Below are positions 28,808-38,539 of a DNA stretch of 64,000 nucleotides, one piece after another; position 1 is the first letter of the stretch; each line of letters starts with the position of its first letter. This stretch comes from Coleofasciculus sp. B1-GNL1-01 (GTDB taxonomy: Bacteria; Cyanobacteriota; Cyanobacteriia; Cyanobacteriales; Coleofasciculaceae). The notes under the pieces are model-generated. The model saw nothing but the letters and a program-made list of their open reading frames with translations, did not search any database and was not told the DNA's origin. The position numbers were made by a program, and so were the translations under genes. Location of the stretch: the NCBI GenBank assembly GCA_040220235.1, contig JAVJTO010000164.1, one strand, 5' to 3'.

Positions 28808-29740
28808 GCTTCATTGAGAGTTCATACAGCCTTAATAAGTGCCTCTTATGGCTTAATTTTTCTTTACAGAAGTTCTGGAGTAAGGAGTACACCGAGGTTA
28901 CGGCGTTAGAGGCAATTAAACGTAATACCCAAAGCTGTAGACTATAGGCTATGACTGTAGTTGAACCGAAATACATTGGAAATACATCCTGGGTTTAGTG
29001 GTGTTTGAGTTACGGTTATCCGTTGAATCAGATTAAATTATTCGTCGAGCCGGATGGGACTTCTCTTTTCCGTCCAAGTGAGATATATCGATTCTTCGCT
29101 AGAGGGTTGCAACAGTGAAATCCTTATGGTGCATGGGTTGCTTTTTATTATTTTGTCAGAGTTTTTTAACAAAGTAAGGCTATGTTAAGAGTTGTAATGT
29201 AAGATTTGCTTATATTAAGGATTATGACGCAATACTTCGTAACATTAAACTTACTATAGAATTACTGACATGGTTTCGCTTCACATCTCCCACCCTACTG
29301 AGTTACAAGTAAGTAATTTTACTCAGCCTCCTGAAGATAGAACTCTTTCCCTGGCAGGTTGTTCCAGACATACCCCTCACATCTACATAGCGGGAAATTC
29401 CCATGAATCTTGCCCTTAAGTTTATTTTGGGCGGAAAGATACTCAACTCCATTGCCTTGATTGAGCAACATGCTTACCTTGAACTCACATCCACCCGCAT
29501 TAAAGATCTCAATCGTGAAAATTCGGTGAAAGAGAAGTCAACTCAGTCTCATCTGATAAACTGTGCAGCCATCTCAAGAGACTATTTTCCTAATGAGCCT
29601 CGAACCATAAATCGCTACAATCAAACTCTAGTAAGCATTTCAGTTACATCAGGTCACGCTGGTCTATTTACAAATCAAAAGGCTGAATAACTGCTAAAAG
29701 CCCTATATAATCAGTATTTCTCCACCCTATTGCTTATGAC

Positions 29741-29762
29741 ACACCGAGCGAAGCCGAGGTGT
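29741..29762. repeat. Small dispersed repeat (GAGCGAAG(C/T)CGA core)
   Basis: ACACCGAGCGAAGCCGAGGTGT; reverse copies at 31651-31672, 37734-37777 and 38332-38353, and a copy at 54378-54414. Confidence 0.75.
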
Positions 29763-29772
29763 TGCCTATTGC

Positions 29773-30768
29773 CTATTGCCCAGCGCGAAGCGCCGTATCT
29801 GGGAAATCGCTGAAAAGTCCATCAATTCCCAGCCGATAGAATTGCTGATACTCCAACTCAGGATTACCTTGATAGTCGGGGGCGAGAAAAACCTCTTCAT
29901 TGCGGAATGTCCAGCCATGAACCTGCAAACCCTGAGCATGAGCGTCATCGAGTAAGGAGGTAGGGGGTAATAAGTAACCATCTGCCCCCGTGGGTACAAT
30001 TAAACGTTTGTTAACCCCGATCGCATCTGCATAATCCGCAATTTCCCGTAACCCCTGAGGCGTTACCAGATCTCCATACGTCCGATTGCTATTGTCATGG
30101 TGTTGAGGATGAGCAATAAAATCGTAGGGTTGACCGATGTCGTTCACTAATTGTACCAAGGATACATCGGTGATTTGCTTCAGCGCTTTCAAGTTCGCCG
30201 TTTCAAAGGATTGGATGAACACAGGAGAATTGCGATCGCCCAATCCGTACTGGTTGAGGATAGTTACCAACGGTTCTTCTAACGAGAGTCCGATCGCGTT
30301 AAAGTAGGTGGGATGCTTGGTTTCTGGATAAATGCCAATCATGCATCCAGTAGCAGCACTTTGGCGTTGAACTAGCTCAATAATATCTACCAGAGTAGGG
30401 ATATCAAACAACCCATCGAATTCTGTCGAACGCAGGTGAGGTAATCGTTCTTTGACTCGTAGGGTTTTTAGTTCAGCCAGAGTAAAGTCCTCAGTAAACC
30501 AACCCGTGACAGTTTGCCCATCAATTATTTTAGTGGTTTGGCGATCTCGAAATTCTGGACGAGTCACCACATCGGTAGTACCCGAAATTTCATTTTCGTG
30601 ACGCGCCACCAATACCCCATCCTGTGTCATCACCAAATCGGGTTCAATGTAATCCGCCCCCATCCGTATCGCTAACTCATAAGCCGCGAGGGTATGTTCG
30701 GGACGATAGCCACTTGCGCCTCGGTGAGCAATCACCAAAGGACGGGAATTTTGGTCACGCGATCGCAT
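29773..30768 (-). CDS. Glycerophosphodiester phosphodiesterase
   Basis: [50 protein letters not shown]; start re-called to the ATG at 30768. Confidence 0.93.
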   Translation of the reverse strand: MRSRDQNSRPLVIAHRGASGYRPEHTLAAYELAIRMGADYIEPDLVMTQDGVLVARHENEISGTTDVVTRPEFRDRQTTKIIDGQTVTGWFTEDFTLAELKTLRVKERLPHLRSTEFDGLFDIPTLVDIIELVQRQSAATGCMIGIYPETKHPTYFNAIGLSLEEPLVTILNQYGLGDRNSPVFIQSFETANLKALKQITDVSLVQLVNDIGQPYDFIAHPQHHDNSNRTYGDLVTPQGLREIADYADAIGVNKRLIVPTGADGYLLPPTSLLDDAHAQGLQVHGWTFRNEEVFLAPDYQGNPELEYQQFYRLGIDGLFSDFPDTALRAGQ

Positions 30769-30919
30769 CCTTATATATATAGCACTACGAGGATAGGTTA
30801 GGAGATCAGTTGCTCCCAAGGGAGAACGCTCCCCCAGCTCCCAGACGTGCCATGGCACGTCTGGAACATTGGCTTCCCCCGCTCCCCCTCACCACAGCAC
30901 TTATTCAGCAGCCCCTAAT

Positions 30920-31579
30920 TTACCAGGGTAATACTTCCCCCTTCGCGTGCCAAAACGTACCAGAATTTTCCAAGTTGAGCTGATCAATGCGGGCTAAAAG
31001 TCCCTGAACAGCTTCCTGGGTAGGAATACCATTATGACCTGTCATGTCTGTACTCACCATACCCGGATGGAGAATAGCCACGGCAATTTGACGAGGTTTT
31101 AAATCAATTGACAGAGACTTACCCGCCATGGAAACGGCGACTTTAGACATACGGTAGCCGTAAGAATTACCAGAGGTGTTGTCTTCAATCGAACCCATGC
31201 GGCTAGTCATAATCGCAACCTTAGCACCCGTACCCAAATTGGGGAGTAAAGCTTGGGTGACACGCAACGCGCCCAATGCATTTACCTCAAACTGCTGCCG
31301 GATGGCATCAAAGTCAAGCTGGGGGAGGGTATTTTTCCGCAAAATTCCGGCATTGTTAATCAATACATCCAGAGGAGTATTCTTTAAACGTGATGCTAAG
31401 TCAGCAACAGAGTCATCTGAGGTGATATCAATCCCCGTCTCCACCCGGATACCCAAGCTGTCGAGGGCTTCAGACGTTTTTCGGCAAACGGCGATCGCCG
31501 TTTCTCCTCGTTCGATTAGCTGTCGGCAATACTCTAAGCCGATACCTCGGTTTGCACCTGTTACTAAATAAGTTGCCAT
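30920..31579 (-). CDS. Short-chain dehydrogenase/reductase (CsgA-like)
   Basis: TGANRGIG, INNAG, YRMSK catalytic motif, LHPGMVSTDM; AGGAG upstream of the ATG at 31579. Confidence 0.93.
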   Translation of the reverse strand: MATYLVTGANRGIGLEYCRQLIERGETAIAVCRKTSEALDSLGIRVETGIDITSDDSVADLASRLKNTPLDVLINNAGILRKNTLPQLDFDAIRQQFEVNALGALRVTQALLPNLGTGAKVAIMTSRMGSIEDNTSGNSYGYRMSKVAVSMAGKSLSIDLKPRQIAVAILHPGMVSTDMTGHNGIPTQEAVQGLLARIDQLNLENSGTFWHAKGEVLPW

Positions 31580-31785
31580 ATTTATCTGTAATCTCCTGTA
31601 TAAGTGGGTGGACACAATTAAAGTTAACGGTTGAGATTAGGGAACAGGGAACACCTCGACTTCGCTCGGTGTCCCGGCTCAAAGAGTTCCCAAACCCTTC
31701 TCGCATCGCGTCTCTACATTGCTCCCCCAGCTTTTAGCGCTTAAGTTGACACCAATGCGGTAAAACCCGCCCCTACACCCCCGCG

Positions 31786-34700
31786 CTAAAATCGCCGCCG
31801 ATATTCAATAATCGCCCGACTATCCCCGGAAAAATCAGTCCCCCCCCGCAATAACACATTATCATTCAGCCGATAACGCAGATTGTATTGGAACGGTTCC
31901 CCAGTCGTTAACTCCTTCAACACCGACACCGAGAAATTTTGCGTGATATCAACCCCCGCCTCAGCCGCAAATCCCAAACTCGAAGCCCGTTCTTCATCAT
32001 CGGGAATAATCGTCGGAAATAGACGAAACTCACTCAACGGTAACGCATCCGCAATAAAATTACCCACAGGTCCCAAAACCGCTGAACCCGCCAAATTCGC
32101 TAACCCCAACGTACTATCCCCTCGCCCTAAGGTATCCACAAACCCCCCACCCAACAGCGCCACAATTTCCGCTTCGCTGCGTGCAGGTGTACTTGTCAAT
32201 TCCAACCGATCCTCCAGTTGAGACGCCGGTCCTTCCACCTGGGCAACAACCCGAACCGTTTGCACTGCGCCCAACTCAAAATCAGGCGCATCAGCAATTT
32301 CAGCGGACTCAGTGTCTGTAGGTAGTCGCCGTTGGGTGGCTTCGGCAACTGATGTGACTAAACGCACATCTAAATAGGGATCAAGTCCTTGACCGGAAAT
32401 AAATTCCGCTGTATTTTCATACCCCCGTGCCAACCGGAATTGAGTGGTAAATAAATTCACCTGACCCCGTGTCAATTGAATCACCCCATCGGGTCTCAAA
32501 TCTTCTAAGGTTCCATTCACGGTTAGAGTCCCTTCGGCAAGGAAATTCAAAATCGGTGCCTTTCTAATTTGAATATCTTCGACCAGGGTAATTTCTAAGT
32601 CATTAAACTCGAAGACAATACCCTCCTCCGTGTCACCCCCAGTTCCTACAGCAGTTCCCGCACCGCCATCTTGCTCAGGTAGTGGTACAGTACCATCAAC
32701 TAAGTTAATTTCACCACCAATCGTGGGATTTAATGCTGTCCCCGTCAACACCACTTGACTTTCTTGGATCTTACCTCTGTATAGGGCTTTCAGGTTAATT
32801 GCTAGTTCCCCAATAGTTACGGTGAGTGGATTTTGCTGAGGAATGGGCTGGGAGATGGGTAGGGTGCCGGCGGCGGTAATTTGACCGCCACCATAGTTCG
32901 CCGTCAAGCTATTCACATCAACCCGGTCAAAGTTGAACTCAATTTCTCCCGTCACATCCTCAAGCGGTTCGGGTAGGGCTTGCGAGGCAATCGTCGCCCC
33001 TTCTACGATCGCGGTTCCCTGTGCCCTGAGTCCTCTCGGACGACCTTCTTCTTGATCAAAGCTGCCTTGAATATCCAAATTAACGCTTCCAGTTCCCCCA
33101 TTCCAGACAACTTGCTGGCGGGTAAGGATATTTAATAAAGCCAACCCCTCGTCTTCCACATTCACACTTAAACGGAGTTCCTCACTCTCAGGGGCAGTGG
33201 CGTCTGGGACGGGTAACTGGTAAGGGATTCTCCCCTGAACTACTAATTGAGGTTCACCCTCCTCTGTGAGTATACTTTGGGCTAAGAACCGCAATTGGGC
33301 ATCACTGTAACTGAAACTCCCCTGCAAGGTTTCAATCGCTTCTTGATTCAGCGTCGCATCGGTTACCATGACTGATCCTCTGGCTTGGGGATTCTCTAGA
33401 CTTCCCGAAAGCGTCGCCGTGGCGTCCAGATTGCCACTAAAAAAGCCGATCGCAGGCGGTAAATCCACCACGTCTCGGATCGGGGCAATGGGAACGTTTT
33501 CTAGGCGTAACTGACCCGATTGCGTCTCGCCACCGATAGTCCCGGAAAATGTAGCAAAACTCTCTCCCGATCGCAAGGTAACTGGAAGCAGCGTCAGTAC
33601 CCCCTCTTGGAAGCTGCCTTGAAGCGTTGCCTGGTTAACCTGATAATCACCCCATTCCCAGTCTTGTCCCTCGATGTCAAATTTGGCATTAATTCCCGAT
33701 GCCAACGACCCACTAATCCGTACCGTACCGCTAAACGTGCCATCTAACTCGTCTAAATCCGGCAGAATCTCTGCTTCTTCCTCCGCCTGTTGCCGTTGTT
33801 GCAGTAGGGTTTCAATTTCCGATAGACGGCGCAGTTGGGTGTGTAATTTGGCTTGGGGCATTCCCACTTGGGCGATATCCAAGGGTGCGGTGGGGGTGGT
33901 GGGTGGTGTTGTGGTCAAGTCGATTAACTGTAAACCCGCGACTAGGGTTTCCAGTTGTCCCTGTTCGATATTCAGCGTCCCTTGAAACTGGGGACCCGTG
34001 GGTGTTTGTTGAATTCGACCTGATAGGCTATACAGATTTTCCCCTGGTGTCGCTTCCCCTGGCAAACGACTGCCAAAAATTGGACCGGTTAATTCCACTT
34101 GGTCTAACGCCACGTCAAAGGTATTCAAATTAATTGCGACTTCCCCAGAAATATCACCCACCAAGGGTTGAGTCTGTAGGGCGACAGGCACCGGGGCAAT
34201 ATCTTTAATCAAGGCGATGGGAATATTTTCTGTATTCACCCGTAGCACATTACCCTGGCGCGTCCCGGTGGCGATCGCCTCGTCGCGACGAATGTTAAAG
34301 GAAACAGGAAGATAATCCGATCCCAGGTCTACTTCAATCTGATCGGTCTCACCTTGTAGATCGAGTTCCACACCTTCTCCGGGTATCACCCTCACTGGAC
34401 CAGCGAGTTCCTCTTCAAAGGTCAACCCACTGACGGCAAAGTCCTCCAGTTCAACATTCCCCTGAACACGAGGATTCGTCACTGTCCCGGCAATCGTACC
34501 CGTAAAATCCGCCAATCCCGCCACATCCACATCCGCTGCGGCTGGGGGTAAATACGCCGAGAGTTCGGTTAACTCTAAGTTATTTGCTGCCACATCTAAA
34601 TTAAAATTCCCCACCGCCCCAATTCCTTGATCTAACTGGGCGGGATTCACCCCAATAAACCCACTAGCAGAGAGTCCCTCGGCGGTTAACTGTTGCAGGT

Positions 34701-37557
34701 CTATCCCTTGACCTGTCCAGCGAAATGTGGTATTGACAGGACGGTCAATCAGGGCAAATCCTTGACTAAATCGCAGTTGACCCGCCGCCGTTAGCGATCG
34801 CGCGATCGCTTCCGGGGTTAATGTCTCTAAACTGGTGGAGACATCCACATTGCCGCTTAAGGTTCCTGTCAACTGTTCCCCAAACCGTGCCAATTCAATT
34901 CCGTCCGGGTTTAGCTGGGCTTGTAGCCTCCCATTATTTAACCGTAATGCCGTTGCCCTCACAGTACCCCCCGCCACGGCTAATCTGCCCTGACCTTGGG
35001 CTTGAATCTGATCCAGTGCCACCTTCTCAAGCGATCCTGACAGGTCAAAATTTCCCGCCAACACCCCAGCAAACTGCGGCGGTAATTCCGGCGCTAACCT
35101 CGCCAACTCCAGCCCCGCTGCTTGTACATCTGCCTGCCAGCGTCCGGCAGCGAGATTAATATCCCTTGCCCGGATCACACCTCCTGCCAAATTAACTAGG
35201 GCATTTCCATCCCCCCGAATCGTTTCCAGCGCTACCTGATCCAGACTCCCGGACAGATTCATGATTCCGGTTAAATTCCCCGACAATTGCGACGGTAGCT
35301 GAGGCACAACCCCCGCCAATCCCACCCGATTCGCCGCCACTGTCGCTTGCCAACGACCCGCATTGACATCCAAATTCGACACCTGAACGGTTCCCCCACC
35401 CACATTCAGTTGTCCTTCACCAGCTACATTAATCGCTGATGGTGAAAACTCATCCAAGGAACCCGACGCCACAAACGTACCACTAAACGGCGACTCCAGT
35501 TGAGGCGGTAATTGAGGCGCAAATTCTGCCAACTGAATCCGATTCGCGTCTATTCGGGCTTGCCAACGACCGTTTTCTAGAGTTACTTCCTCCAGATTAA
35601 TCCGTCCCCCAGCCGCCGTCAGCGCCACTTGACCAATCCCACTAATCCCAGAAACAGACGGATCTGCCAGAGAACCAGACAGGGCAAACGTGGCGTTGAT
35701 CGGTTCTTGTAGGGCGTCCGGAATTTGCGGGGCTAACTCTCCTAATTGCACCCCATTGGCATCAACATTCGCCCGCCAGCGCCCTTGAGAGAGTTGGATA
35801 TTCTCGACGCCAATCGTTCCCCCCGCCAGATTTAGGCGTCCCCTACCCTGGGCGCGAACCTGGGATAAGGCAAACTGATCCAAAGGGGTTGATAGGGTAA
35901 ACTGACCCGCTACCGTCCCCTGAAATTGTGACGGCACATCCGCCAGTTGAGACAGTTCCACCCCCTGGGCTTGGATTAAGGCGGTGAGACGATTATCCAG
36001 AACTTGCAGATTTGTCGCGGTGACTGTACCCCCAGCCGCTTGCACCGTCGCCTTTCCCGTAGCGCGGATGTTTTGGGGATTATCCAAGGGACCGAAAATT
36101 TTGGCGGTTCCGGAGAGATTACCGACAGGAATGGGTAGGGTGGTGTTGTAGGTTTTTGCTAGTGCTGTGGTTGGCAGGTTATTGGCTTGCAAGTTAAATT
36201 GTAATCCTCCCTTTTCCCCCAGTTCAATCACACCCCCTCCAGTAATTTTGCCACCGATGGCGGGTTGGGCTTGCAGGTTGCGAACGGCGAGGCGGGTGGG
36301 ATCTTGCGGTTGGGCGGGTGTAGTGAGGGTAAAATCGGTACTGATCGTGCTGAAGGTGACGCGATCAATCTGAGTCGGTTTCGTGGTAACGGCTTCTCCC
36401 TTAACCACAGGTTGGGTCAACGAACCTGTGACTAGCAGGGCGGCTTTGACTTCTCCGGACAGGGGAACGGGCGTGTCTTCGAGATTAAAGGTTTGCAAAA
36501 CAGGCTTAATCTGTATCGCTTGGGTTTGGGCAGTGAGATTAAATCCCGTCTCTAGATCCACGCTACCATTGGCGGTGGCGGGAATTTGTCCAAATTGGGT
36601 GGTTACATCTTCTAAGCGAATGGTTGTCTCTTTGAAGCGTAATCGCCCATTGGTATTGGCAAAGGCTTGGGGAAGTTGGGGCACTTGGGCGGTTACGTTG
36701 TTGAGGGTGGCGTTTCCCAGAAACTGGAGGGGTTGATCGGGTTTAATTGTGATTTCTAAGTCCCCACCAACATTACCCGCATTCACGTCTAGGGGTAAGG
36801 GAATCAGGCGATCCAGGGTACTAGCATTGACATTTTGCCCATCAACTTGTAGATGGGTAGCGCTAGTGGGGAAGAGGTGTTCGCCCTGTAGGTTAAAGGT
36901 TCCGCCACTAGCCATTTCACCTTGGACATCGAAGCGAACAATCTCATTATCCTGTAAGAATTGACTACTCCCCTGGGGAATTGCGATCGCGACGGGGGAT
37001 TGCTGTTTGCCTTCCGTGGATCGAGGCACAAGCTGAACCTCAGCATTCCGTACCCCTAACTGTTGCAATTCTGTTTTAATTGGACCCGGTTCTCCTTGCT
37101 CTTTAAGTTCCAAGGGCATCCATGATCCATCGACGGCTTGTTCGATATAGACATCCGGTTCAATTAGGGTAACGTTTAATTCTAACCGACGGTCGAATAT
37201 AAGGGGAAGTAAATCATACTGAACTTCCACCGCTTCAATCGAGGCGCGATCGGGTTCGGTATCCGTAGGGGGTAAGGCGGCGCTATCAAACCGCAAACTA
37301 TTGAGGGAAAAGCGTTCAACGTCGCCAATTTCCACGGGGCGTTGCAGGAGTTGGGTGAGGTTTCTCGCCACTAGGGGGGCCAACATCTGTTGGATAAAAT
37401 ACCACGCAAAACCCATCCCCCCAGCGATTCCCACCAGCAGGATGATACTGATCCCAATTAACCAACGCCGACGTCGCGATCGCCGAGGCGGTGGAGATTC
37501 CGGTTGTTCATTGGAATTGGATTCCGGTTCGTTACTGGGAGGGGGTACATTGGTCAT
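31786..37557 (-). CDS. tamB: Translocation and assembly module TamB (AsmA-like/DUF490)
   Basis: 1923 aa; N-terminal TM anchor, long beta-taco repeats, and C-terminal DPYLDVRL...LTSTPARSEAEIVALLGG...YRRRF. Confidence 0.88.
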   Translation of the reverse strand: MTNVPPPSNEPESNSNEQPESPPPRRSRRRRWLIGISIILLVGIAGGMGFAWYFIQQMLAPLVARNLTQLLQRPVEIGDVERFSLNSLRFDSAALPPTDTEPDRASIEAVEVQYDLLPLIFDRRLELNVTLIEPDVYIEQAVDGSWMPLELKEQGEPGPIKTELQQLGVRNAEVQLVPRSTEGKQQSPVAIAIPQGSSQFLQDNEIVRFDVQGEMASGGTFNLQGEHLFPTSATHLQVDGQNVNASTLDRLIPLPLDVNAGNVGGDLEITIKPDQPLQFLGNATLNNVTAQVPQLPQAFANTNGRLRFKETTIRLEDVTTQFGQIPATANGSVDLETGFNLTAQTQAIQIKPVLQTFNLEDTPVPLSGEVKAALLVTGSLTQPVVKGEAVTTKPTQIDRVTFSTISTDFTLTTPAQPQDPTRLAVRNLQAQPAIGGKITGGGVIELGEKGGLQFNLQANNLPTTALAKTYNTTLPIPVGNLSGTAKIFGPLDNPQNIRATGKATVQAAGGTVTATNLQVLDNRLTALIQAQGVELSQLADVPSQFQGTVAGQFTLSTPLDQFALSQVRAQGRGRLNLAGGTIGVENIQLSQGRWRANVDANGVQLGELAPQIPDALQEPINATFALSGSLADPSVSGISGIGQVALTAAGGRINLEEVTLENGRWQARIDANRIQLAEFAPQLPPQLESPFSGTFVASGSLDEFSPSAINVAGEGQLNVGGGTVQVSNLDVNAGRWQATVAANRVGLAGVVPQLPSQLSGNLTGIMNLSGSLDQVALETIRGDGNALVNLAGGVIRARDINLAAGRWQADVQAAGLELARLAPELPPQFAGVLAGNFDLSGSLEKVALDQIQAQGQGRLAVAGGTVRATALRLNNGRLQAQLNPDGIELARFGEQLTGTLSGNVDVSTSLETLTPEAIARSLTAAGQLRFSQGFALIDRPVNTTFRWTGQGIDLQQLTAEGLSASGFIGVNPAQLDQGIGAVGNFNLDVAANNLELTELSAYLPPAAADVDVAGLADFTGTIAGTVTNPRVQGNVELEDFAVSGLTFEEELAGPVRVIPGEGVELDLQGETDQIEVDLGSDYLPVSFNIRRDEAIATGTRQGNVLRVNTENIPIALIKDIAPVPVALQTQPLVGDISGEVAINLNTFDVALDQVELTGPIFGSRLPGEATPGENLYSLSGRIQQTPTGPQFQGTLNIEQGQLETLVAGLQLIDLTTTPPTTPTAPLDIAQVGMPQAKLHTQLRRLSEIETLLQQRQQAEEEAEILPDLDELDGTFSGTVRISGSLASGINAKFDIEGQDWEWGDYQVNQATLQGSFQEGVLTLLPVTLRSGESFATFSGTIGGETQSGQLRLENVPIAPIRDVVDLPPAIGFFSGNLDATATLSGSLENPQARGSVMVTDATLNQEAIETLQGSFSYSDAQLRFLAQSILTEEGEPQLVVQGRIPYQLPVPDATAPESEELRLSVNVEDEGLALLNILTRQQVVWNGGTGSVNLDIQGSFDQEEGRPRGLRAQGTAIVEGATIASQALPEPLEDVTGEIEFNFDRVDVNSLTANYGGGQITAAGTLPISQPIPQQNPLTVTIGELAINLKALYRGKIQESQVVLTGTALNPTIGGEINLVDGTVPLPEQDGGAGTAVGTGGDTEEGIVFEFNDLEITLVEDIQIRKAPILNFLAEGTLTVNGTLEDLRPDGVIQLTRGQVNLFTTQFRLARGYENTAEFISGQGLDPYLDVRLVTSVAEATQRRLPTDTESAEIADAPDFELGAVQTVRVVAQVEGPASQLEDRLELTSTPARSEAEIVALLGGGFVDTLGRGDSTLGLANLAGSAVLGPVGNFIADALPLSEFRLFPTIIPDDEERASSLGFAAEAGVDITQNFSVSVLKELTTGEPFQYNLRYRLNDNVLLRGGTDFSGDSRAIIEYRRRF

Positions 37558-37912
37558 AGTCCTTAATTCACGCCGGGAAAGAGAAGGCGGTTAGGTTGCT
37601 GGGTGAGTGCGATCGCTCGTGCTAATTTCAGTCAGGGAAGGCTTAGTCTTTTACTATAGACGGATACTAGAATAAGCCAATTCCCCCCATAGGGGTAGAT
37701 GACTAAGTGGGTTTGGTCAAGGGAAGCTGGGGAACACCTCGACTTACCTCGACTCCGCTCGGTAACACGCTCGGTGTGCCAGATGGGGGAGATGTTAGCT
37801 GTTGGCGTTATTTCTGCCTTACGTCAGTTCTGCTGTCTTGTCATCAAAACCTGAGAATGTCAGGATTTGTAAATTTATTCCTCCAGAAATAGACGAGCAT
37901 TACCGCAAAAAA

Positions 37913-37926
37913 GTATCATTAGATAC
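37913..37926. promoter_or_regulatory. Putative NtcA box
   Basis: GTATCATTAGATAC (GTA-N8-TAC with extended GTATC/GATAC symmetry and an A-rich 5' flank), 86 nt upstream of the 38013 ORF. Confidence 0.45.
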
Positions 37927-38012
37927 AGAAATAGAATCTACCTGAGAGTTTTGACTCAGATCAGTGCAGTGGATCGGTGGGTAGGTTGCGATAATCACAT
38001 TAATATAATCTT

Positions 38013-38243
38013 ATGGATGTCGAGACAACGATCGATTGGGATGAAGCCTTTGAATATCTACCCGGTTCTCTGGTGGAATTGAAAGCACAACCAGGAACCA
38101 CACATCGTATTGACTTTTATGAACCCATGATGGTTCCCCCGATTTGGTTAGTGGATGATCCACGTCCCCGCTATCCCCACGAGTTAAGGATCGTATCACG
38201 CCTGAATGAGCGGGTTTGTTCATTAGAAACTCAAGCCGTTTAA
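38013..38243 (+). CDS. Conserved hypothetical small protein
   Basis: 76 aa, ATG start, globular composition (YEPMMVPPIWLVDDPRPRYPHEL), occupies its own intergenic space. Confidence 0.7.
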   Translation: MDVETTIDWDEAFEYLPGSLVELKAQPGTTHRIDFYEPMMVPPIWLVDDPRPRYPHELRIVSRLNERVCSLETQAV

Positions 38244-38539
38244 GCGCAGAAGCCTCTAAGGTAGAACTTAAGTAGAATGGCAGTGAAATAAGCCTTGTTA
38301 GATCGCCAAAACCTTTGATATACCGTAGGGTGGGTTTCGACTTCGCTCAACCCACCAGCCTTAATTCCGTTACATTCAACTTAAGTAGGTCGGCACAATA
38401 AAAGTTAACGGTGGAGATTGCCATTCGTCATACTCGCTCCCGACAAGGAGCAAGCTACGTCGTCCTTCATTTGTAAGGGTTTAATCGCACAATTTTCTGG
38501 TGTACTTTTCACCCCTTAGTACGAATGACGAATGACGAA

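Noticed and set aside
29309..29322. GTA-N8-TAC match
   Set aside because: No -10 box at canonical spacing; the pattern is expected many times by chance in 64 kb
29403..29690. 95-aa ORF
   Set aside because: No recognisable domain and AT-rich composition; cannot be supported as a gene
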